Assembly (NCBI GenBank): GCA_012295275.1
Contig: CM022678.1
Span: forward strand, 14,446,001-14,510,000
DNA: 64,000 nt
Direction of reading: 5' to 3'
Source: Chrysomallon squamiferum
Taxonomy: Eukaryota > Animalia > Mollusca
Position numbers and translations under genes: made by a program. The notes under the pieces were generated by a model. That model saw only the letters and a program-made list of their open reading frames with translations, did no database searches and had not been told where the DNA came from. Each line of letters starts with the position of its first letter. Positions within the stretch are counted from its first letter, which is position 1. Positions 1 through 12,805 of this stretch are shown piece by piece.

Positions 1-3000
1 CAAAAAATATATTTTAAGATACTTTTATTTTATTCTGACCATATTTGATAACAGTCATACATTATATTGCATAATTATTACCATTACAGCAAAACACAAT
101 CAGTGTAAAAATTGTTTTACATGATGTCTGAGAAAAAGACTTCCAGCAGAAACATACTTTAGTAAACTCAACAAATGTTATGACAGAGGATGATACAAAA
201 CATAATGAAGATTTTTTACTTTAATTTTTTATTAAGGAATATTTTAAAACGTTGAACACATCAGAATATCGTCATCACTGAAGAAATACTCCTTTCGCGT
301 TTTACTGGCCTAAATAATGAAACTTACAAATTACAGTATTCTTTTATCTCTTATCTTTATTTGTTCATGATAGCAAAACATATTCTGCTTTCTAATGTTC
401 TCAAAACGGCTAAAGTGCAGATTAAAATTGTTAATTTACTTGCAAATTTATTCTCTGTAAACAGAAGATTGCTGGAGAAAATTAACTCCTTTATATCTGA
501 GATTATTGAACAGTTAATATTATTAAAGAAAACATATCCAACCATGTTTACACGTAAAAATAGTAAGAACATTTTAGCAGAAATTGTTGAAAAAGAAAAC
601 AAGTGGAAAAAAGAGAAGTTAATACTTGATTTCTATTTATTACTGAAAATTTAATTTAAAAAAGTTCACACCCTTCTCCGATCAAAGTATATCAAAATTC
701 AAAGGATTTGCATGTAAACCAAAACATTTATTACATATTAATTTGGTAAATTTAAAGAGCACCTTCATATATATCAGTATTAAGTAATTATTATTAACAT
801 TTCATCTATATCAAATAAAAATTAATGTGCAAGTTACTCTAAAACTGTATTTTTTTTCTAAATTATTGAAGTTTTGTTTAGGCAAAATTTATTATTAAAG
901 TTTATGAACATAGAACATGATTTTATGTTTATAAAGACTGAGAGACTAATTCTATTTTTCTGAATCAAGAAAAAACCTGCTGATGTCACTAGATATTTAT
1001 GTCAAACTTGATACCTTTTTTCTGATAAAATATGAGAACTTGAATGATGAATCAGTGAAATAATATTTAAGTTAGTTCAATTAATGACAATAAAATTGGT
1101 ACCAGTAATATTTCTTTTATGTTTATATAAAGAGCTGTCCAGACAATTTACACTAACCTTTACTGACAATAAAGTTCAACTATACTAATGCTGTTGAAGT
1201 ACAAAGCTGCCATTTTCTGTCCTTAAATAAAATACAATTGTTGATTTTTAAAACATAATAAATAAATAATAAAGACACCTTTTTGACACTGAAACAAAGG
1301 GTGATGTAATGTTTCAAATAAACATTATGTAATCATGTCAACAAAACATATCTGATATTTTAAATGCATAAAAATTATAAGACTTCTAAAACTACATAAA
1401 TTGGAAATATACAGATGTTTAATCAAATATTGATAATCAGTGCTCCAAGTAAGAACACTGAATGTGTTTTATGTTTTAAGGTAATTAAATAATTTCACTT
1501 ACATGCAAAGAATGGAATGATACAACTGAAAAGAAATGGTCCCAAATTATTCAAAAGTTGATATTAGTTGTTCAGCATAAATGAACTAAATGCATTTTGT
1601 GTATCTTGAAATTACCATTTTATTATGTTACTAAGGATATTAACTAATAAAATATCATCATAACATTCATAAGGATGCATGGAGACTGACAATAAAAATG
1701 TGGAAAAGAACTTAATTCAAAAGTTAATCCCAATTCTAAGCCAATTAATTCTAGCTGGTATAGTTCACACTTCTGGAAAATATGCACAATGGAAAATATG
1801 CATCCTAATGAACTTATATTTTATTTATTTCGATACTTTACTATTAGTAAAGATTACTCATTAGCAACATTAAAACAATAGTATGTATTTGCATGCATGT
1901 GTATGTGATATTAATAATCATAAAAGAGTAAAACTGCAGTTTAAAAACTGGTAGTTTTATAAATATTCTTTAAATGATCTGTCCAGAATTAAAATGCATC
2001 TGATAATAAACTGAATAATAAAACTTTAAAATGTAAATTTCATTAAGTGTGCCAAATTCGAAAACATTAACATTCATATTCTGACAATATGATTAAATTC
2101 AATAACTAATTTTTAAAAATACGATTCAAGAGAAACATTTTTTTTCTTCTTGTGCACAATTATAACCTTTTAAAATTTATTTTGTATCAACAATCAAAAC
2201 TGACCGAAACCTAAATTATAAATCTTAAATTATGCCATCGGGAAAATTTGAATTTATTAATATTTTTATTTTTATAGTTTCATTTTAATTAATATATTTA
2301 TTATATATATATATGTGTGTGTGTGTGTTAATTTCTTAATATATTTATATATATATATTAAGAAATTAATATTTAACATACATATAGTAAAATTTTACTG
2401 GAATCTGTACTCATCTGCTGAACAACCAACAACAAAATCCTCAAAACTCTGTTTACTTGGTGAATGTGAGTTGAATGTCGTCCACTGTATCATTTGTTTC
2501 ACAAACAATAGAGAGTAAATATTTAATTTCTTGAGTACCTTAAGTTAGATTACTTCAGCATTCAAAGTATGCCAATATATAACAAATTCTCTTTATTACA
2601 TACTTTTAAGTTTTATCAGTCCAATATTTCTATCACAATTCAATTTTTGCTATTATATGGCAAGTGGAAGCAGCCATTAGAATTTCAACCAATATACATT
2701 AACTGCTAGTTATGTTTGGACACATACAGTAAATAATGTATAATTAACAAATTCAGGAATCCTACACAAAACATGATAGCTGGCTAAATACAAGAAATTA
2801 AGCCTCAGTATGAAAAAATAAAATGAATAAGGAATGGAGTAATTAAAGAATTTTTAAATGAAGTTTTTTTTTTTATTTAGGCTCTGTTGGTTATTATTTT
2901 TCATGTAAATTAATTCAGAAATTGCTAATCCATTATGGTAAATAAAACTGTTAGTATCTCAATTAACAAAGGAGAGTGTATTTGTCATTTGTTTATTTTA

Positions 3001-3499
3001 TAATGTAAATATCTCACTATACATTAGGTAGAGACTGTACTTGGATACTTGATCTGTGTGTGGCAATATTCTATGTTTTTGCCTATCTGTATGAGCCAGT
3101 GAAATTGTAACGTTGTGTCTGTGTGGGTGTGTATGTATGTACATAAAGTCAAATGTATATGCATATACGATTATTTAATATTCTTTCAAAAAAAATTTAA
3201 TATATTTTATAGTTCTTGAGCTAAAATAAAAATGACACTAAAACTCTATCATCCCTTCAGGAACTTGTTTTGCTTTACCAATGTTGATTGGGTTACATTT
3301 CATTTTCAAATATAAGATCACAAGATATTACTAGTCAGGTTAAACTGAGGCAATAGGAATATACTGAAAGAGATCTGGAAATGTTTTGAACTGAATCATT
3401 AACAATTAAATGCATCACAATATGGCTGAAGCAAGGAAGCAGAGATGTGAAGTTTCACATATTGCAGAGAACTGTTTGTTGAGGAGTAATCACAGAAAA

Positions 3500-6400
3500 T
3501 CAGACAACACCAGCACCACACCCTGCTCGGCTGACCAACATGCTGTTCAGTACTGTCCACTGGTCGGCATCAGGGTCATATACTTCAGCACTACGCAGTC
3601 GGCTCTGACCATCAAAGCCGCCAACGACATAAATCCTTCCATCAAATATTGCAACTCCTGGCCAGGCACGTGGTGTGTTCATAGGAGTTATTGTCGTCCA
3701 CTGTCGAGTGAGAGTGTTGAACCTGGAGTGAATAAAATTAAACAGCAATTCTATTTTATTTTTAACAAACCATTCTAAACGTAACTGTCTGGAAATTGCT
3801 GTGAGTCAAATGGTAATAATTCTTGACTTCTACAACAAAAACTGTGCTTTGTGCATTGACCATTTCTCTGCAGATAAAAGATATCTTACTGCTGTCGGAA
3901 CAAATAATTCTTTGAATATTAACAGTATCATCAGTATATATTATATAAAAAGTATCAATTCACCTAATAATCATTACTATATTTTCAAATATCCTAAATT
4001 AATACTCTTTAAAAATAAAATATAATGCATTTAGTTTAAAACTGACAGGGTTCATCAGGAAAGAGTTGTAAAGCAAGTGATAAAAGTTATATATAAATAC
4101 TGATATAAACTACATAGATGAAATAGTTACCTTTCTACCACATTAAAATACTGGTCTGTGTGTCGGTAACGGCCACCAAAGGCAAACAGATAATGATCAA
4201 TTGTAACCAATGCTAAACCCGATCTCGCCTTCTCCATCTCTGCAACAAAACTCCACTCCTGTGTGTCTGGATCAAAGCACTCCACACTAGCACGATCCAT
4301 GTGTAAAATCTTGTCATAGCCACCTGAATAATTAAGACATCTTCAGAATAAGCTCTGTGTAAAGTTCTGACATAGCGACCTGAATAACTAAAACTATCAC
4401 CTATAAAGGACATGACATGATGTGTAGATTGTATTAGTTCATATGTGTTGCATATACCTAACAACATAAGCAGCAGAGTTTTCCACTTCTCTCAGAGTCA
4501 GTTAATGCTGAGAAAATTGATGATCTACATAATATCCTTTCCAGACATGTTAAAAAATTTGTATTCTTAAAGCAATAAAATAAAAGAAACACAAAAAGAA
4601 AGAAATAATATTCAGATTGAACCTGCCACGTAAATTTTTCCGTCACAGACTGAAATTCCAGCTCCAGCTCTTTTTCTCTTCATGCTGGCTGCAAAAATCC
4701 ACGAATCAGTCTTAGGATCATAACGTTCCACTATGTTGTAACTACACGATCTGTCCTCACCACCTTCAAAACAGTTACAGTGTTATGTAGTATTTCATAA
4801 GCATCACTAATACATACACATCTGTGTATATTTTTGTGTTTGTCAATGTGTGTAATGTGTTGTTTTGTTTTGTGTGTTGTGTGTTTGTTTATGTATACAT
4901 GTCTTTTGTTATGTCTTTAGGCCTCTGTATGTATTGTGATGCAATATGTTTTTATTTTATTTTTTTTATTTTTTTTTGTGTGTTTTTCATGGGGAGAGAA
5001 AGATAGTGAATCACAGAACAAGAGTTAATATTGTTATTAACTGATTTGCCATCATGATTCTAGTAATTTGATAATAATTTGAAATATTAGTAGTTTATTT
5101 AAACACTATTTAAGTCTTAAAAACTTACTTTTATACAAATGTTTAAATTCAATGCAAGAACTAAATATTTCACTATTTAAACACAGCTTGAACATTCACA
5201 TCACTGTCTTTCATGTCAAAATGCAACAGACTTATTCTAATATGATGAATAATAATTAAAGGATTATATAAAATTCTAATTACTGATAATGAATGTATAA
5301 TCATCAATGCTAATACTACTAAATTACCTATTGCATAAAGATATCCACCAATGACAGCCACAGACACAAATGACCTTGCAACCTTCATCTCACATTTAGG
5401 TATCCACTGTTGCTGTACTGGATCATAACATTCAACACATCTGAGATACAATGTATCTTCTTGTGTATCAGCCAAGGCACACTCCCCACCCACTGTGTAC
5501 AACATCCCATCCAATGAAGTTGCTCCAACTGCTGTTCTAGCGATATTCATACTGGGCTATAAAAATTAAAACACAACTAAAAACATATATTTCAGAATTT
5601 CAAAATTATGTATCCGTGTGAAGGTGTGTGTGTGTGTGTACTTGATACTGATAACCATTTGTAAGTGATTTACTAATTGTAAATCCTAAATTCATACAGT
5701 CTGTTAAGCACTTTATAAACAATAAATGGGAAATGATTAAGATAGTTAAGAACTGATATAAAGAAACATTTGTTTTGAACTGGTAGTTTATTAGAAGAAA
5801 AAGAACATTAAAAATATTATATGGCAGACAACATGATCAAAATTCAAACCTTGTGAAGAATCTATGAAAATAACCTAAGGAAAAATGAAAATCCTTAAAA
5901 ACAGTTTAAAAACAACACACCATGGATTTCCACTGGTCAAGAAGAAAGTCATATCTTTCAACACTTTTGAGCTGACAATCAGAACTGTTCCTTCCACCCA
6001 TTACATATATACACGGTGGCTGTGCACGGTTCGGAACCAGCTGAACCAGGTTACAGTCATGTTGTGTTCTTATAGCCTTGCTAATCAACAGCTGGCATTT
6101 TGCACATGTGCGGAAGAACTCAGATTTCAGAACAACTGTCTCCAAATAAGATCGGTCGAGAAGAGGCAGTCTGATATTTTGCAGAATGACACAGGCTTTG
6201 TCCAGTCGTTGCACTGGGTCCCACTGGAGCCAAGAACATGCTGCCTCAAACACCTGTGTTTCTGTCATCACCTGCAGTTTATCACTTTTCAACAGATTTA
6301 TTAAACGATCTTCAGGTAGTTCAAAAAATTCTTCAGTCCGAACAACTTCCAAGAAATTCTGATATATGAACTGTCGAGCCAAAGCTTTAAGTTCTGTACA

Positions 6401-7078
6401 TGCATACATATCAGCAAAATAATAAATACCTAGAAATAAATGAATAGAATACCATTAAGTATTTACTTCTTAAAATAATTGGCAAAAAATAGAAAAATTG
6501 TTAATATTTCTAAAGATCCTCAATTTCAATGTTCCAACAGACGTACAGCTATAAAAGTCTTAAACTGTAAATATTTTAAATTGATAATCATTTAATGTTG
6601 TAACAATTTTAATATATAATATTTTATTAAATACATACTCACAACTGTTAAAATAAAACAAGTTTAATCTTAACTCACCCAGACAATTAGAAGCAACCAA
6701 CTGTGATTCTAGGAAGTGTGAGCAAATTGTTCTCAGTGCCTGCAGTCCTAGAAGACTGGCCCCCTGCAGAATTGACTGAACATTTTCCACATTAATTTCT
6801 ATGGTACTCGTGTACATGAAGTCAAGTAACAGCCCCATTGTAGATGTTTCAATGCCCTGAATCTCAACAACAGACTGTTCTGTTTCTAACATCCCATTGG
6901 TAAACATCGCTCTAAGGTATGGACTACATCCAGCTACAACAATCTTGTGTGCAGTGAACTTTGCTCCATCAACACAGAGGACAATGTCACAGAGCTGTTC
7001 TTGGCGACGAAGATCATTCATCACCTCAAAAGCTTGCTTTGCATGATTCTGTACGCAACAAGTGCGTGACTCAATCAT
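3500..7078 (-). CDS. Kelch-like protein (BTB-BACK-6 Kelch repeats), putative CUL3 substrate adaptor, ~564 aa
   Basis: Six GT-AG exons join in frame: 7078-6679, 6429-5921, 5556-5328, 4763-4623, 4323-4131, 3722-3500. BTB (LCDIVLCVDGAKFTAHKIVVAGCSPYLRAMFT), BACK (ETQVFEAACSWLQWD) and six Kelch blades (IYVMGG..VERYD..QW; LYTVGG; LYAIGG; IYVAGG; LFAFGG; IYVVGG). The specific KLHL paralog cannot be assigned by eye. Confidence 0.95.
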
Positions 7079-9088
7079 AACGCGGCATCTATCTAAAAAA
7101 ATAGCACCAAGTTATTATTTTTACTTTTATTTGCCAACAGACATTATAGAAAAGAAAAAGTAATAACATAAAAATAGTGTCTAAAATGTATGAAACAACT
7201 CAGATTTACTCAATTAAAGAACTGTAACTATTAAACTCCTAACATAATTGTGTACTAAAAAATACTGTTGAAACTATGAGTAAAAATCTATTATAATTCT
7301 GCACCAAAAGATGAGTTTTCAATTAACTGAATAATAATGTAATAAGTCATTAAGTTGATTAACACTAAATGTATTTTAATTTCTATTTCTAAACATACAA
7401 GTTTTTGTAAATACTCATTATCATTACTATGTCTATTCATTCATAATGTTATTTATGACAGCAGCAAAAGGGGTCTGGGAGTATCTGTATTTAATACTTT
7501 CACAGATAGACAGATACACACACAGTGTGTCTGGTAAAACATTTATTTTTTTACAGATTGTTCTAGCATTCATAAGTTTCACTTAAATTCAGATATGTAA
7601 CATATGCATTGCTGTAATAAAAACAATGAACACATATTTTACTTTTAATATACCAAAACAAATCTAAATTTAAAAAAAGAAAAAGAAAAAAGAACAATGC
7701 ATCTCCAATGCCAGTTGTTTGGATTTGCTTTGTTTTTGTCATATGGTATATTAATAAAAATTATTATTTTTATAATTGACATAAATGCATCATTAAATAT
7801 AAACATTTACTCAATATCAATAAATTTCTTAGTTTTTTTTGACACTTTATCAGTTTATGCAATATGTATTTATGCTATGGCAGAACTGAGATGACAAGTT
7901 TCAAAATTAGTAATGTACATTTCAGTTCATGAATATTAATATGTATATAATCTCTGCATTAACACAGAAAACTTAATTATGTTATTAATAATGTTCGTAC
8001 AGCTTTTCTTATATTTTGTTAAATTATATGTTTTAAAATTTTTTTATAATATACAATTTTTTTAAACTAACACATATGCCCAATAACAGTAAAATATTTA
8101 AAAGACCAGATGTAAAATTTACAGATTTTTATTTTACTCTGACTAGTATATATAAAATTATAAGTATTTCTTAAGGAAAATTTAAAAAATGTATTATATT
8201 TTCCGACACTACTATTATAATTCAAATCTTTATGTATTTCTTAAATGTAGTTCACAGTTTTTCAGAAAAAAAGGAAGTCAAAACAGTTTTTGTGAGAACC
8301 ATTTTTGCTCAATAAAATTATGTTTAACAGTATTTAGTTTATCAGCTTCCTATCTAAATTTGTGACTTTTCACTTCTTTATTTCCAATTTGATAAACTTT
8401 TCCTCAGTATCTTCCTTTTAATGACATTTTGCTCACCAGTATTCCAAGCAGTAATACTCCTCTTAAACAACTATGAAATGTAATTACTATAAAATATTCA
8501 TTTATCATTTTCTTAAACCCATCTGTTTTTGACATAGCTATATAACTAAGAAAACAATGAACAAAAGTGTTTGCTGTAAATGTTTTTTCAAAAAAAAAAA
8601 AAAACTTTATTTTGCCTATTTCAAACTTTTGTTTATCAAAAATATTTACAGAAATTTATCAAGTGTTTGATGGGTTAGGGGATACCTGTCAAATTAATGA
8701 ATGAATAGACATAACTGTTGGTTATTATGTACTTACTGATTTTTGATTAGTCAGTTTTTATTCATTTATTTATTTTTATTATTATTAATTTTTTGTTTAA
8801 TGATAAAGAATCGTTGACACTGTTTCCTTTGTGTCTGAATGAAATTCAAAACCATTTACCTTTGTTACGTTTGTACGTTGTACTTGTAGCGTTTTAAAAA
8901 CTGTTTAATGAAAATAGCTATTTTTGATCTTAATATCGGTGTTAAGTAGTCAACATTTTAAATAAACTGTACTGCATAGCATTACACTGGCAATAAAAAC
9001 ATTTTTATTAACACCATGTTGATACCAAAAATCTGACAGTTCCAGGTTTGACACATTCGTTGGGTTTTCTCAACCTCGGAAGACTTAC

Positions 9089-9262
9089 TCAGGCTTAAAT
9101 ATTTTCGAATTTCTATACAGCTCCAATGATGCCAGCTCTATTATAAATAATTATTATTAAAACACAATTAAAACGTTAATGTTAATTATGTTACTGTTTT
9201 AAAAGCAATAAAAATGAATATTTACCAAACCTAACAAAAATAATCCATCCGTCGCCGGAAGT
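9089..9262 (-). promoter_or_regulatory. Probable promoter and non-coding 5' exons of the kelch gene
   Basis: ETS/GABP motif CCGGAAGT at 9255-9262. Minus-strand donor ttg|GTAAAT near 9226 and a candidate exon 9137-9089 bounded by tag| and |GTAAGT. The first coding exon has an acceptor (ttag) at ~7093. Confidence 0.5.
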
Positions 9263-9702
9263 AGCAATATGGAACTTTTACAGAAAACTCTTTCGAGCGT
9301 ACTACGTTTGTAATGAGCGTAATTAAAATTTGATAAATAAATAAATAAACAAATCAGTAAATCAATAAATGAAAAAGAATATTAATTTATAATTATAAAT
9401 TAGCTATAGGACTAAGACAACACTGAATTGCATATATGCCAACCACATCAAAGATTAAACAGTATTCTTGCTTTTCAAATAGGACAAAAGAGACACGTTA
9501 CTCAAAGAAAAATTGGCATTAATTGTTTCGTCTGCACACTGGAAAAGGTTATAGATCAGATCGTTTTCCAGCATTATATTTATCCGTGATCTCTGTTAAA
9601 CCATTAATTACTTGTAAAAGTGTTAACAATTATTTGTTTGGAGAAATAAAGAACAGCAACAACAATAAAAAGAACAAAAAACACAAGAAACCTTTACGAT
9701 AC

Positions 9703-9745
<43 letters not shown>

Positions 9746-9931
9746 TCCATCCAATATAGTGTGGAACGGACAGGTATTAAGAACGTATAGTTATTGCATT
9801 TGTAGTACAATCGAATAGCGACCATGTTGACCATTTCGTTCCATCCTATCAATTTCTGTGACGTAGAAAATAATTATGTTGCCGAGTTCCTCTATCAATT
9901 TGAGTGACTTCCCTTAGTAGCTTACGTCGGG

Positions 9932-9945
9932 GTTTCTATAGCAAC
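9932..9945. promoter_or_regulatory. RFX X-box (GTTTCTATAGCAAC) at the promoter of the OFCC1-like gene
   Basis: Matches the X-box consensus GTHNYY-AT-RRNAAC at all positions. It lies ~100 bp upstream of a strong donor aag|GTAAGT (10044/10045) that ends the putative non-coding first exon. Confidence 0.75.
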
Positions 9946-10981
9946 GTTTTAAAATGGAGTAAACTGGACGATATTGTGATATAAAACAAAGTAAAACGAA
10001 AATCCCTTATTTACAGATTTGAAGAATTTAAATAACAGCTTAAAGGTAAGTAATTACCCCTGTTAACGTAAAGAATAACAATCTTCCTTATTTCAATAGC
10101 ACAAAACTATTCTACCTGAGAGGGTTATGTCATACATATAATTAGTATTACTATTAGTGTTAGTTATTATAGAACATTTGGTTGTAGAAATATCTATGAT
10201 CAACCACGATACATGTTATCTTGTAACACCAATACGTGATAGACGGTCAGTACATGCAACGCTGTTTTCAAAAAATAAAAGAATTAAATATTTTTACTAT
10301 TACTGCTATTGTGTATGTGTCGTGAGTATATGAACAGATCTAAAATAAAAATTCAGTTTGAAATCTTAATCTTGTTCACTTATCAACAGAAATCAACAAA
10401 TATATTGTTTTTAAACTTACCATTTATTTTATTGTTATTTATTTATTTATTTATTTATTTGTTTGTTGTTGTTGTTTTTTTGGGGGGGTTTCGTTATTAT
10501 TATTATTATTTTTATATTGGTTTTTTTTTTAATTATAGAAAATGGAAACCATCTACTTGTTTTACAGAGCTAAATGTGTACATATGTTTCTGAATGTAAT
10601 GCAATAATTGGCATTTCAGTAGCCTGTCAGCCATCTGACAAACTATTTTTAAATAATTATTAATAGAATTACATTGTATGAAATTAAAGAAATTAAATAA
10701 TATTATGCTGGTTAAATATGTTTAATAAAGACAATGAAGTATTTCCAAGATATTTTCAAAGTGAATGTTGTAATAACATTCCACTTCTGACACTTTGGCT
10801 TTGTTCCAAGATTTCTTGAACACTTGTGGAGTAAATAACAAGACAAAAACTCTTTGTTAGTGTGGAGAAACTGAAAACCACGTAGAGTAATAGTGAACAA
10901 TACAGAGCAGGGTTCATGTGTGTTTTAATGACTCAGACAGGTATTTGCTTTGTAAAGAGTTGTATATATCTTAGCAACATA

Positions 10982-11001
10982 GTATGAGTCTGTGTGAATT
11001 C

Positions 11002-11059
<58 letters not shown>

Positions 11060-11073
11060 AGTCTGTGTGAATT

Positions 11074-11120
<47 letters not shown>

Positions 11121-11168
11121 GAGTCTGTGTGAATTCATACATATATATATATATATATATATAATATA
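10982..11168. repeat. Compound repeat: 3 copies of gtatgagtctgtgtgaattcata followed by (TA)n
   Basis: Three copies of the same 23-bp core separated by TA tracts, in intron 1 of gene 2. Confidence 0.9.
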
Positions 11169-11290
11169 TAAGCATATATATCTTCTAATAAAAAAAAAAA
11201 TTTTTTTTTTAAAAATTAAAAAGTGAATGCCAGAAGATGAAGTTCCAACAAAAATGAATATTTACCATTTGCTTTACGCACACACACATT

Positions 11291-11324
<34 letters not shown>

Positions 11325-11482
11325 TTGTTTTACTTTTTATTTATTTTTTTTTCTGGGTAATTAGTCATTAATTCATCATATCTCATTAGTTATTCTTTGT
11401 GTATATATGACAATCATTTAATCCGTCTGTCTGATAGTGAGTCTGACTGACATCTGATGTTCTTTTCTATTCCAGGCTGCAG

Positions 11483-12768
11483 ATGATAATGGAGGCAGAG
11501 GAAAGTAGAAAGCCTCAGCCAGAAACCACAGTGCAGATAGAGAAAACTGAAATTGTCACAGTAAGTCAGAGAAAGAAAAACAGAATATTTATTTCTCGCT
11601 GGACTCTTTAATAATCTAATATAGAACTAAACGTACACATAAACACACATATTAATAATATACCATTTTAAATCATAATGTTTATGCTTATTTGTTATCA
11701 AATTTTAGATCTCTCAGAGGTTGTATATAAAAGGCCACAGTCTTTGCTCACCTATCTGTGGGTTTGCTGTATTAAAAATATCTGTTCCTAATCAATATCC
11801 TCATTAAACAAAAATGTACTATTTGTTAAAACTTAATTAACAGGTGTTTTTTTTTGCTTATTTTCTTGTACTCTTTTTTGTAAAAGCTCAGTTTTCTTGT
11901 TTCACAATTATTGGCCCTATAGATGAGTTATCATTGCTGCTGCTGTTAGACATTTAGAATTACTTTAATGGCTACAAGTAGCCTGTGATATGATGTTACA
12001 GTTACTAAAGATTTGTTAATTTACAGAATGTTGTTTCTTTAGACTTCAGTGATGAGATTTTGAATCAGCCATCACAAAGGTTTGCAGTTTATATATATAT
12101 TATTTTATTTTATTTTTTGTTTCATTTCAGAAAAAAGAAAGTGAAACACTGCAGTTTGATAACATTGATCCCAAGGATTATGGCATAGATGTTGAAGAAG
12201 AGGAATTTCAATATGGTATTGACATTCTTAAAGTTTCTGTATGGCAATAAACTGACATTATGAAAATTTCCAGTGCTTGCTCTATTAATAGAGTGCAATT
12301 AAAAATATAATAAATTACATTCTGTGTTAATAGTAACTAACAAAGGCTAAATATATATATATATACATATACACACACACACATATAAATTAATTATTTT
12401 ATATAATTTATAGTGAATTTATTATTTTTTTTTTTTTTAATAAATAATTAATTCAAAAAGAAGGAAAGAAAGAAATTTATATTTTGAAGAAAATCAGTTT
12501 TATATAATGTGCATTTATTTGTAGAGGGACTGGAGGAGGACGACACACTGCCTGACCTGTACAATCTTCTAGAAACCCTGCACAGCGGGGACCTCGACGC
12601 ACAGAAACAACCTCCGTCGCTCTTCACGAGACCGGAACACGTACCTAACTACCAGAAAATATCAGGTTGTAAACCTAATACTGGTTTTATGTGGTTCAGT
12701 GTTTTTATTTAGAATCTGCTTGATCAGTAGCAATGAACAGTATGAATATATATAAATATTTACAAATG

Positions 12769-12805
<37 letters not shown>

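Noticed and set aside
3410-6304. Plus-strand ORFs 3410-3778 and 5885-6304 (similarly 13076, 38284, 43284, 53075, 60084)
   Set aside because: Antisense shadows of real exons on the other strand.
12043-12079. Possible extra exon in gene 2
   Set aside because: It introduces a stop or frameshift, and the flanking exons already join in frame.
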